Positions 13,901-26,700 of a DNA stretch of 64,000 bases are shown here, piece by piece; the first letter of the stretch is position 1, and the number at the start of each line of letters is the position of its first letter. This DNA is from Phoronis australis (lineage: Eukaryota; Animalia; Phoronida). The position numbers and the translations under genes are program-made. A model generated the notes under the pieces. The model had not been told where the DNA came from. It saw only the letters and a list, made by a program, of their open reading frames with translations, and searched no databases. The stretch lies in NCBI GenBank assembly GCA_002633005.1, contig NMRA01000342.1, forward strand, positions 181,063 to 245,062, given 5' to 3'.

Positions 13901-16900
13901 AATGCATTTTTTCACGAAGTATTTAAACCATTAAATATTTTCCTTCTGTAGAATAAGCACGCCATCTTGTTCAAAAGTATGACCTGCACCTTCAAAGTGG
14001 CTGAACACAGCTGAGTCATAGGTGTCACAGACCATAACTGGTTCATTGATGCATGATTTCTTGGCCTGGGAAGATCTGAAAATTCATTTGTTGCGGTCAT
14101 GCGTTGGCTTGACTTCATGGCACTTTGTGTTATGTGCAGAGCATGACTACAGCCTATAATGATGATTGATTATCAACAATGGTTAGGCTATATAGAAATG
14201 TCGATCTCAATGTCCTGGGTTCAAGTCCCGCTTGAGGGTATAAATCTTTTCAGACTTATATTCATTACGTCTCATTATGCGGACAAAAGATGGTATGCTG
14301 ACATGACAAAATGTTTCCAATAATGGTTAGACTGTTCTCATTGCGCTCCCGCATTTAAATTTCACTGCTTTCCTTTTAAAGGGGGAGGGGGGTGCTCCAC
14401 ACTTGTCAAGTCACCCCCGTTTTGCTCAGACAATTACACAATAAGTGTCGGGGTGTATCAATACTAGAACAGCGGTTGCAGTTCTCTTTCTTTCTGTTGC
14501 AGTTACCCAGTTTTTGAAATTCTAATAATGAAGAAGTTCAGTTTTCAATGTGGCGAATTTAGTATTTATGGTCTGCAGAGTCTAAAATGGGTGGAAATGA
14601 AATGTTGCTGGAAACGGTCAGTGGTAATCGCCGTGACTGACCACCGTCTCTGTCCCACCTAATCCCCGCACAAAAAGAGGCCATTCACTTTTTCATTGCT
14701 TGAACAGCAAAAATCTGTTAACTACTACACGAGATAAGAGAAACATCGCGGATTGCAAGTTCTGTCTCTTTGTTGAGATGTCCCAACCTCCAATGTGTAA
14801 CCTGCCTGACCAGTGCAATGGAACGACTACTTACATGTATGAAAGTGATCTTAAGAGCCTCAAATAACGCAGTGGGATTTGAATGGGGGAGTGCGTTATG
14901 GTGTGATGTTTAGTTTTAATGGAACATCTTTCGTATTTCAGTTGGTATCTGGGGCAATGGCTGGGAGGTCGGGCACATACACACTCGCACACAGTACAGA
15001 GCCTTTACAGGATACGAAATAGAGGCTGACATCCAACTCAAGATCGGCTTGCACAATATGAACATCACTCTAACAGGTTTCAATCGTTTTTTTTAGTTTT
15101 GTGTGTTGCACAAAAATTTGTAAAGAGCTACGTTTCGTGCCATCTTTGAATGTCAATGATTGTTTTGGTTCATGTTTGGGTTCATCATAATTCCCAATTG
15201 CACTGGAGGTCACTATTTAAAGTTTATGTGGGATGGATCAACAAATTTAGTGATGGGGGGATTTACTCATGGACTTGTGGCACTGTTTTCTTGTGGTGAT
15301 AGCATTTTTTAATATTTTGTGGATGTGCCTGTCGAAGAGATTTATACGCCATAACCCACCATCAGATCTACCACTGTGTGACTTCAGCTTTTCTAATGGG
15401 ATTTTCAAGAACTGTCATTGATATTATAAATTGTTATTATAAATTTTGCAGTGTTTTCAATTTAAATGCCAAAATAGTTTTGATGTTATTTTAACTATAA
15501 ATTAATACAAATTGCCATTCCAATGTGGCTGCTTGCAATTTTGTCATTTTATCGCTTAACGGTAAAGACATAAGGTAACGGTTGGTTTGTCTGCCCTATT
15601 TGTGGTAAAAATAACTCTAAAAGCCAGTGTATCTCCTTATAATTGAAGAGCACACAAACACCCAGCCTTTGCAAGTGCAGTTCCTTTCGCCTAAGGCCCC
15701 TTCAAACACATGCCCCTGTGCACTAAGGCACTTACAAACACATGCCCCTGTGCACTAATGTTCTTACAAACATATGCCCCTGTGTGCTAAGGCACTTACA
15801 AACATATGCCCCTGTGTGCTAAGGCTCTTAACTTGTTAAAGAGTTTAGTCAGCTTTACCGTAGAAAAAATACGTTATTTTGATATTACATCCTGATGAGG
15901 TAGACATATTGGGGTTATTAATAGTTACTTGTCTAGACCTATTACACAACAAAAATCTGTTGAACCTTTGTGATTTTATTACAAATCACCAATTCTCACT
16001 GTTGTCTGACAGCCATTTGCTGAAGTCGAGGCCTTTGTCTTTTCACTTGAACATGCCTAAACTATCGAGTGCGGTATAACTCCACCGGCAAAGTTTTGGA
16101 CTGGGACCACAGAAAAACAAAATTTTCACCTATCACATGGACTTGTGAAAATTAGTGTAATATACAGAAAATATTGGTAACCGTGCCAACACCTGAATGA
16201 AGTTCATTCACCGGACGTGTTTTCCAGGTACGCCAATAGTGCAGCCTGTTGGGGACATCAATGAAACCATCAACTACAATGAACGGTTCTGGTGGTCCTT
16301 CCCTTGGGGTCAAGGACGCATCGGCTTTGGAAGGTTTTGTAAGTAGCTTAAGTGTAGGCTATTTATAGAGGCAAATTGGAAAGATAGTGACTGGATACTG
16401 AAACAGTGACTGGATACTGAAACAGTGACTGGATACTGAAACAGTGACTGGTTTTTATATTTAGTCAGTTGTTGTAAAGTTCACTCCAAACAGAAAAGCC
16501 ATCCTGATAGTTAGTAATTATTGAAAATTTCGCATTGTAACTCATAAAAAGAAATAAACCATTGCTACCTTTAAAAAAGTTATATAAAAAGTGATTGTTG
16601 ATATTTGATAATAGTTGTGTAATAGATAGAAAAATATCTGCTGAAAAAATCACAAAGTTGTTTGTTAATGTTATGTGACTTCACACACGCAAACGTTCAA
16701 GTAAAATGAAATTGCAGTCGACTCACAGGTTGACGCATCATTGTACTACAATGCGATAACATTGAGGAAATTTTATGCATTGTAATTCCAATTTTTAAAA
16801 AATCATAAAGAATGACAGTCTGATGTTTGATGAGTTCTGTTCACTGCTGAAATTAACTTACTAGTATATCCTAAAGGATTGTGATCTAAATTTATTAAGT

Positions 16901-17679
16901 ATGTCTTACTTCATCGCCAAACTGATTTAATCCCTCAGTGCTATATTTCAGCCTCGGAAGTAAACCAAGAATTCCGTGCGGCTCAGTACAAAGGCCTGCC
17001 CTACCCTATTTTATGGGTGGCTGAGTATTTCATATTCGATGGGGAAGGCATTCGATGGGGGCGCTACTATCGACACGCTGGATTTTACACACACATTGTA
17101 CTCTGGTTAGTTTGTAAAAACTCATAAGATGCAGTGTCAGTGAACTCTCCTGCTCTGGCCTTTCCCTCGTGTTTTTAGCAGACTGAGTTACTAATAGTGA
17201 CTTGCTAATAGCAAATATTTCTTAGATATTTTACAACCTCATTGGCTAGACAGGCCATGTTTACAAATCTAGTAGTACGCGTCATAATTGGTTTTAATGC
17301 TGTTCAATGCTGTTTGTTGGAAGCTATATTTCGTTCAAAATTTAGTTTGATTCTTCGAAAATTTGTCTATAAATAAATTATCCCGTGCTACTTAGTATTA
17401 AATTAATAATTTACCGAGTAGTGTAGTGATGGATGAAGTTGTTGATTTGTGATCAGTTGCTGAGTAATTACAGTTTCTTGATATTGAGAATAATTGAAGC
17501 TCAGAAATTTGTGAAATGTTTCTTTTGTTTCAAGCTAATAATGGTATTGATAATGAGTATAATAGCAATATTTGTGAAATCTGATTATTATACTGGTAAA
17601 GGTAATTAAAATAATGATTAGAATCATGTAAATGATTTTAGTTATGTTGATAATAATGCCAGTTAATGATAATGGTAAC

Positions 17680-17714
<35 letters not shown>

Positions 17715-20700
17715 CTAGCAATAATATAAATAGTTATTATAATTGTTAATACAGTCATTATAATGGTTGTAGTAATTATACCAATGATAGCACTTGTTAT
17801 TTTAATGTTAATGGTCGTTATTATATTTCAATGACAGGTTAGCCTTCCCCTTGTGGCTCCTCAGTAACATAATGTTCTTCATAGTCCCTCGTAACGGAGC
17901 TTTCTTCCTCTTTTTGACTGGTTTGTGTATGTTGAGTGGCAATACTATCTACGCCTGCTACCGAAATCCTACAGCTCTTCAGGTCCCCTTCGAAGATGGC
18001 GTTCTGAAACTGAGCTGGGGACCCAATTTCTGGTTGAACCTGTTTTCGGGTAAGTTGGGTGGAACTGGGAATGTTTTGGCCAATTTTCGACTGCGTCTCG
18101 TGCAGAAGTGAAACATTTAAAAGCATTATTCCTACTGGCGTTTTGAAGAAGTATGGGCACGTCATAGTGTCCAGAAGTTTCACTTGAGTCTGAACAGCCA
18201 TTTCTGAGATATTTTCCAGTATGCACCATAATTTGATATTGTCTCCTAATGTTGGAATGCTGCATAAATGAGGATCAAAGAAAAAAATCCTTAAAGGTTA
18301 TGCAGAACTGTATTGACTAGTCTATGTATTTAGTCAAATATTTGCAAATCTAAAAAATTTAAGTCTTGCCAGAAAAGAATATATTAATTTTGTAAATGCA
18401 TAAGGCTAATCTACCTTGATTCAACTGACTATGTATTTTCGGTAATTAAATAGTTTAGCAAAAAAGAAAGACCTACATCCAAAACAAAACAACGGTGCCA
18501 AATACGTGACTGAATTTCATTTAATAATTAAAATTTATGTTCATGAAATCTCAAATACATCGCAACAATTTTCTGAATTATCTTTTTTTTTGTTTTATGC
18601 AACTTTTCAGTTTCGACCTATTTATGATAGCCCCTCATGCAGAAGTGCAACATTTTAAAAGCAATTCCCAACAAAAGAACAGTACATGAAGCACGGTACC
18701 GTTACAGTTTCTTAGAAATTTGATCAGCCATTTCTGAGATACATGTATAATGTTGCAAAGTTGGCCAGATTTGGATATTTTTAGGGTCTTACTCAACTAT
18801 GTCTTAACTGTCTTAAAGGGACCTTATCATTTTTGCAACCAAAAAGGACATTTTGGTATTATTGTTGATAGCTTTAACCACAGTTATGAAAAATTTGGTG
18901 TGTCATGATTTCGGTACAAATCACCAATTCACGTTGTTGTCTGCCAGACATTCGTTGAACTCAAAGCTGGCGCCTTTATCACTAAGTAAATACATTCTTT
19001 TAAAGAATACAATGCTGCTGCTGAGTGAGTTGGTCCAAATCTGTGATATTGTTAATTTATGCAAGATTACTTTTCTCAACATCATTCTAAAATGGAAATT
19101 CTTTGTTTTTTATTAATCCAATGGTCCAAAGCTGATGAGTTCTCGGCATATACTTTATCGGCAATAGTCTGATATAACGTGCCCGTATTTTGAGAACCAT
19201 TTTGATTCCCGTTATTTAGTGGAGAAAATTGGTTCTCAAAATTCGGGCACATTGTATCAGACCATTACCTGTTGTTTTCTAACTTGTTTTAACTTACAGG
19301 TGTACTCTGTCTGATCATTGCTTGTTTCGTGCAAGTTTTTGAACTTGTGGGCTTTGATTCTGAGTTGGCTTCCTTTTTTGGCACAAACGAACTGAAAGAT
19401 GTTGATGAATATTATCTGGATGAAGGTAATGGTTCTCACCAAATGTTGAATATAGTGAATGTTCTGCTTGTCTTTGTTGTACTGCCATTAGAAAATAAGG
19501 TTACTCAAAAAGTACGCAGAATCAATTGAAAATACATTAGCTGTATACAGAAAGTTTTGTACCACATGTTGTTGGTTGTCTGTGAAATGTGATTTTGAAT
19601 AACGTACTGAAAAGTACAAGGTAAATCGTCTATATATTAGACTTTCTGTGAAAAATTCAGAAAACATGAAATTGATTAAAATGGTTTTCTGTATTTTGAC
19701 GGTAAATCCGTACAACAAACCATTCATTACATTCATGACATTGGTGTCTTGCTGTTTATGTTTTGTGCTGCAGTAAAAATTTTTTTTCCAAAGTCGAGGT
19801 GTTCTATCGAAATTGGAATCCCGCACCTTCAAAACAACTAACCAGCCCAAAAAACATGAACCCGACCTTTAAAACGGGAACCCCGGGGATCGGACAGGAT
19901 GAACTGAAACACCACTCCCAGTTCCTTAGCGTCTTTAAAGTGCTTTGTGTTTGTACGGCATTTATCAATTTCACATTTTGATGAAAAAATAAAACTTCCT
20001 TCTTTAAATATTATTGTGATATGTTGTTTTACTAGACAAGAATTTTAGACAACTTATGACCGATTGGCATTCTACCGTTATTCTATTACTAAAGTTGTGG
20101 TGCAATCTTGCGTCGGCTTTCGGCACCATGAAGCATTAATTTACATCACTTATTGGCCAGTTTCTTTTTTCCCAAATGTTTTTGAAAAATTGTCCAGTTT
20201 TTCTGTCCCTTGAAAAATTGTCCGGTTTTCTGTGCCATCCCCGGGGTTCCTGTTTTGAAGGTTGAAGTTCCTGTTTTTAGGGCTGGTTAGCTATTTTTAA
20301 GGAGCAGGGGTCTATTTTTGACTGAAGGATATCTGTTTTACACCAGGATTCCAATTTCGATGGAGCACCCCAAAAGTATTCATTTTAACACTGTTACACA
20401 AATTCTGTTTTCGCCAGTATTCATGTCACTCGCATTGTTTAAGGTTATTTCAACTTGTGTTCATTGCGTTTACCATCCAATTTAAAGGGGACTGCAACTG
20501 TTTTTGATGTTATGTTTAGTAAAAATCCAGATCTCCGGATATCCTGGAGATATATTTTCTGTGTCAATTATGTTTCGGCTGTTGTGTATTAGCTTTCCAT
20601 TAAAATAATGTAAACAGCTATTGAACATACTAGGTGTGGCTGACTCATTCGGATTTTCGCCCTGGAATCCAACACAAAACTGAGACACAGGCATTTTGCT

Positions 20701-23700
20701 GGGCCGTTTACATCACTTTCTGTCCTCTGGAACAATGATAACCTAGTGTCTGTTTCAGTGTTTCATGAAGTGTTTTATGACTAAGTCAGAAATTTTGTCT
20801 TATTTCACAATTTCTGAAAAAAGGCTTTGCCTTGTATGAGTGCATCGTGCTTTAAAAATATTTTATAGAATTCAACTTGAAGTAATCTGTGTACACTTAG
20901 TCTTTGCACATTTGCTCAAATTATGTTTATTTATTTTGATGCACTCTCATACACACATGTAGGTGGATGTTGTTGTCATCTTTGTCTTGAAAACCGAGCT
21001 TCGGGATCTGGGTGTCTGCGTCGACTGGTGTGTCTTTTAAACCCCTTTACAGGATTTCAATGTGATTTTGCATTATGTTCCTAAAGCTGACACGAGAAAA
21101 TGCTTCATACCAGTCTGACTCCCAATGTGCCACCTAGTGGCAATTTTAGTTTTTTACGTTAACTTTGGCTCTTTATCTTCAGAGCCCCTTTTAAATTTGT
21201 CATTTTAGTCTCTATTAAGGAGGGGGCAATGCCTTTTCATTTTCAAATGGATCTGGTGTATTTTGTGCCAACTTGTGTGGCCTTTTTTATAATTTTCAAG
21301 TTTCTTGGCAGTTGTAAGCGGATTTCAATTCTCTACGTTGCTCATATTCAGAAGTACCAGTGAAGCATGAGACCACATTTCTGACCCTTTACTCACTGTT
21401 CATGAAACAGGCCCCCATAAAAAGGTTGCTTTCCCCTTTAAATTCAAATGTATTGTAATTTTTGTCATCACCCATTTTATCATATCGTCATTATAATGTT
21501 GTTCTTTCTTTTGACTTTTGTGATGTCTTTTATTATTTCATTTTCTATTTTATACTGTCCTAAAGTGAGATAGCATGATAGTGTGGCACTGCACTTTTGA
21601 CGGTCCAAAATACGCATCTAATTCTTGATAATTTTCACTGGCCAACTGATTTTACCTGAAATGAAAGGAATGGTAACATCATCAATGCCAGTAAATGGGT
21701 TCTCTTTTTGAAATACTTATTTACCCAAAATGATTTTATGTTCAAAAGTTGGAAAGAGTCAAGTTGGACCCTTTCAGAAATTTGTTTTGGTGTGAAGAGG
21801 CGTTACAGTAAAATTTTGCCAATTTAGATTTTAATGTGACTGACAAGTGAAATTTGAAAAAAAATTCATTCTAAAATAGTTAACACGGATTTAAATACTT
21901 TGCATATTCAAGATTTTTACCACCGTTATCATCAAAAAATGTTTTGAAAAATTGGGAGCATTCTTATCAAATTTAGAAGACTTTAAAAAATGAAAAAATG
22001 GCATTTTTGTCCAAAATTGGTGAGATTTTACCGTACTGTACTTTTACTTGTACTCGTAGTTGACTTCCCTGTGATCCTAATGTACCAAAACATGGTTTAA
22101 CACAGAAAATAAGACCTATTAATTCAACCGCAGACATGCCAGAGGTTTGTGTAAACATGCTTGGGAGGTCTAGTCAGAAGGTGGCATTTTCAAGATGAAA
22201 AATCAAATCCAAAAAAATTGCCAATGCATTTACGTTGGTGGTACAGTTATCCCAATGTAGGCACCACCACAAAAAATTTCTCCGGTCAAAGCTATATGCT
22301 ATTACGGAAATCATTTGACTTAAAAGTCTGCATGGCAGAGTTTGCGATTGAAAAATTCAGAGTTTTCGGGTACCCATTTCCTGTGAAACTTAAATCCAAA
22401 AAAATTTCCAATGCATTTAGTTGGTGGTACAGGTATCCCAATGTAGGCACCACCACAAAAAATTTCTCCGGTCAAAGCTATATGCTATTACGGAAATCAT
22501 TTGACTTAAAAGTCTGCATGGCAGAGTTTGCGATTGAAAAATTCAGGGTTTTCGGGTACCCATTTCCTGTGAAACTTAATGGAAAAGAAACTCTCCCAAA
22601 TATACCCCATTCTTTGTGCATGTTTTCTAAAATATCCATTGATACATTCATGGGGCATATAGTCAGCTGGGCATGTTTGTGGAAATCCCTGGAAGTTAAA
22701 TTTTGAAAAACAGGAAAACAGTGCTCAGTCTTCTTACTCCAGAATCAAGTTATTGCTTCCGACTAAAATAAAAACAAAACGAACAGGACTGGTCATTGAA
22801 ATACTTGTGATCTAAGGTAATGGCTATTATATTAGTTGCAAACCCATGATAAGCAAATGCAATCTCACTTTAATTGTTTTATCTGTAGTTTTTAACTAAG
22901 AATTTGTTCTTTGTAAATCTGTGATCTTGAAATTCCACAAAATCTATGTTGCTGCATATGGCTTTGATGTGACTGTCTGAAGTGATAAGTTATTCATATT
23001 TTTTTTAATCTTTCTGCTACTAGACACAGTTAAGGGATCAGCTAACAAAAGCTTGAATGAGGGTTTGTATGAAAGGTTTATTTCTCTGTGTCTTTTATGT
23101 GTGTTGGCTTGCAGCATCTCTTGTCTTAACAGTTTTGATTTTATGTGCTAATCTTAAAGTTGCTGCCAGTGACTTCAAATCCTGTAGCTACATTCATACA
23201 CTTAGGAAACCACAAGGCCGCATTTAGCCACAGTTAGATACTTTGCACATTTTAAAAGCTATGCTCTGCCATTTGGCCAACCATAGAACTGCATTCAGCT
23301 ACTTTGCAACTCTTAAAGCCACACTAAGCATTCAAGCTTGTGATTAAACATTGAAAAATCGCAGAATTTCCTGGCTCAATGTCTTGTTGATTTTAGGTAA
23401 GTTGTGTGATGGTATCCGCTTAAAGCAGCATTTAAAATGCAAATTAAGAGCGCTTGGCTTGGCAAAAACAGCTGCCATTCTGTTATTTGTTCAGGCCAGA
23501 ATTTTATGAGCTTGGTCAAAGCCATGAAATCGCGTCTAATTTGACTGAGGAGCAATTAAGGTGAATTGCGTGATGAGAGGTACAGGCCTAAATCAAAACT
23601 TTTTTGAGAGAATGCACAGATTTAATGAGTGCTGTTTGGTAATTAATTATTTGAATCAGACCTGCATTCAATATTTTTCTTGTTATAGTTATTTAATTTT

Positions 23701-26700
23701 TTGGTGGTGCTGCTTTGTGAAAATATCGGCCTGCCATTTACAACTTTTTTACAAGTTAGCGTTATTGAAACAGATATATAGTAATTTTGACCTATTTAGA
23801 ACAGATAATGGAAAACGAGAGAAGTTTTATTGGTTGAACTTCATAACTGCTGTTAGCTTGGCTTGTAATGTTTGGACATCAATAGAGCGACATGTGGTAA
23901 AGTTTCCATAATTGACCTATCGCCAGGACTTTGAGTGACGGCTTAAGTGACCAATCAGAACGCAGCATTCTTGACACACCTTCGTTTCCAAATCGCCATT
24001 TTACCCGACAAACAATGCGTTGCTGGGTAAAACTTATTGTTTGTTTGTCGACATTTCGGAAGGAGGCGGAGCTTGCGGTAGGTCAGTTTGCAGCCTCTGT
24101 AAAAAAGGAAATTACTACTTTGGCAATTATGTCTGTGAGAGAATCTAATATTGCATGCGTTAAAACGTATAATTATAACATTTAGGATTATATTGAACTG
24201 CATGATATTATTTTTCACTTAACTGTCCCCTGTTGTAACACTTGTTTATAGTGTGGAGTTTTTTGTGTTTGTTTTAGTCAATACAAAGTGACGTGTGTCT
24301 CTATCCCCACTGTGGTGTCTATGGGTCTTTACTCTACACTGTCGACCATTTATCTATGTAATTTATATGTTAATTAACACCTGTTTCATATCGTTGTGTG
24401 GACCCACCCTAATTTAGCTATATGACAACGCCAAATGAAAACAGAATTTCTATCTGGTTTTGTTTAGTATGTACTTTACATAGACCATATTCTTACCTTT
24501 TGTATGCCCTGGATGCTTGCATAACTCCGTTAAAGGGCTGCATATCTGTCACTCTGCTAATAAGAAAACACAGCCGGGGGTGGGTGGTGGACTCCTAAGG
24601 TATCACTAATCCCCCACTCCATAATTCCTATCTACACCGCACATTGGAGAACCATTCTTATAGAGGTGTTAGTACGCTTAATAACAATCACTGATTTGAA
24701 ACCATCCATTCACCCACTAGTTTTTTGATGTTTGTCACGAAATTCATTTTAAAACGACATTAAGCTCATCCTTTCTATCAAAGTCAGGTGTTAATCTGTC
24801 TGGCCACGTACCCATATAAATTGTTCTTGTCTCGTTCCTAACTCAGTTTAGATGGAATTTCTGGGGTTTGTTTCATGAGAATTGACTGAAGACTTACTAG
24901 TAAAGACAGCAATTTGGTCTAACACTCTCCCTTCACAATTACCAAATAAAGGTTTAGCCACGTATTAATTATTATTCCCAATTCTTCTAACGAAGATCAT
25001 GAAATTTTAGTTGACGTTTTATTTACCTCAGAAATCCCCTATTTTGACTAAGTACCGATCTGAGACCAATTTCGTAACGTTAAATGACCTTAATGAAAAT
25101 TTGATTTTTGATAGAAAGTATGGGTTTTCTTTAAATTTTGACTGAACAAGGCAATGCAATTTTAATACATATAGCGCTTAATTGTTAGTGCTAATATGGT
25201 TTGTCAAACACAAATATATTGAGTGTCAATTGTGAGTATATTTCATTTGTATGTTAATTACAGCCATAATAAATGGTGCATGTTGGTATAAACTTTATAT
25301 TAGGATGAAAAAAGTTGGAGAGGGTTTAGCAAGCTCTTACAGCCGTATTTTGCCCTATTTAGTAGGCTAAGACGAAAGTCGAATTGGATGGACCTTTTAC
25401 TCTCATAAAAAGAATCTCATATAATATTTCTTACCATGATCGGACTCTATTTCGGTTTCCAACAAGAGCATTGAATCCTCAGGGACTTAGTAATAAGAAA
25501 ACCCTTCAGAGTTAATTGGGATTGGCCAACGCTAAAATTCTGAATTCAAAATGGCGCATGTATGTACTGTCTGTGACTTGAGTTGCCATCTCACTCGTCA
25601 ACAATTCAAGATCGAATGAGTGTGGTACTGTATTTAAACCCCAAAATGCTTTGGTTGAGAATTCAACATTGACAGCTAAACAGCGACAAAATGCAGCTTT
25701 AAACAGTCTTCAGCATACGTGCAAACTGCTGCCGTATTGTGTGTTGCTTTGTATTGCTAATAAGTCATAGCTGTTAAAACGATATCCTTTCTCCGTATTT
25801 GTTACTCTTTTTGTATTTGGAACTCCACTTCAAAAACCGTGGTTTACGTGGTGTTTTTGTGGAAAAGTAGTCTACAAAGACCTTAAAATCGGTGGTGACA
25901 AGGAGTTGACATAGGTACGTGCTTCCCTTGCTGCATATAGTCACAGTAAAGGGATTGGAATATATGTATGTTACAAAATAGAAACTTCCTCGACATGGCA
26001 CTCCCGACTTGAATTATATCTGTACAGAAGAAGTTATTACTAAATGAAACACCATTGTTCAGATTGTCCCAATGTAATAGTCATGTGGTGTCATACAGGC
26101 ACATACATATTGTATTTTGCTAGACAAAAGTGGAATTTTGCAAAATGACCGTTTTTTGTAGTTAAGGTCTGTCACTAAGTAGGGTTTACATTCTGAGCAG
26201 TAGTTTACCATCGAGTAACACTGCCTTGCCTCCATTATTGTGAATTGATAGAGTGCATTAAAAGGATTACCAAACCCGGTTTTGGCTTATTAACAGATAC
26301 TGAAAATGATTTTTCCATCCAGTTTGAAATAATGCTCCATTACCCAGAACGACTCTCGAAAGTGTGCAGGGAATTTTGAAAACTCATTTCAAAGTCTGCT
26401 AAAGGGGCAAGCGTGACGTACATTTTTAACGAATTAAACGGCGATTGTGGGAAAAGACCACCTCTCAAGGACAATAATGTCCAATTTGTGAAAGCAGGCT
26501 ATGAATTTTTAGTCGATTTCATCTTTTATCTTGGAATATTGATGCATTAGCAGGTGGCAGAATGATTGGTTGAAAACATCAAAACAGGGTTAAGTGTCCT
26601 TTTAACTGTGTCGTCCAACTCTTGACATTCTGATCCTTTTGGTTGTAGGACCTGTGCTGAATCCAAACAGTGCATCTGAACAGTCCATTGAAGCAGGTCT

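Noticed and set aside
22161-22706. 181-aa ORF with an internal repeat
   Set aside because: Produced by a 186-bp tandem duplication in repeat-like intronic DNA; non-ATG start and no recognisable domain.
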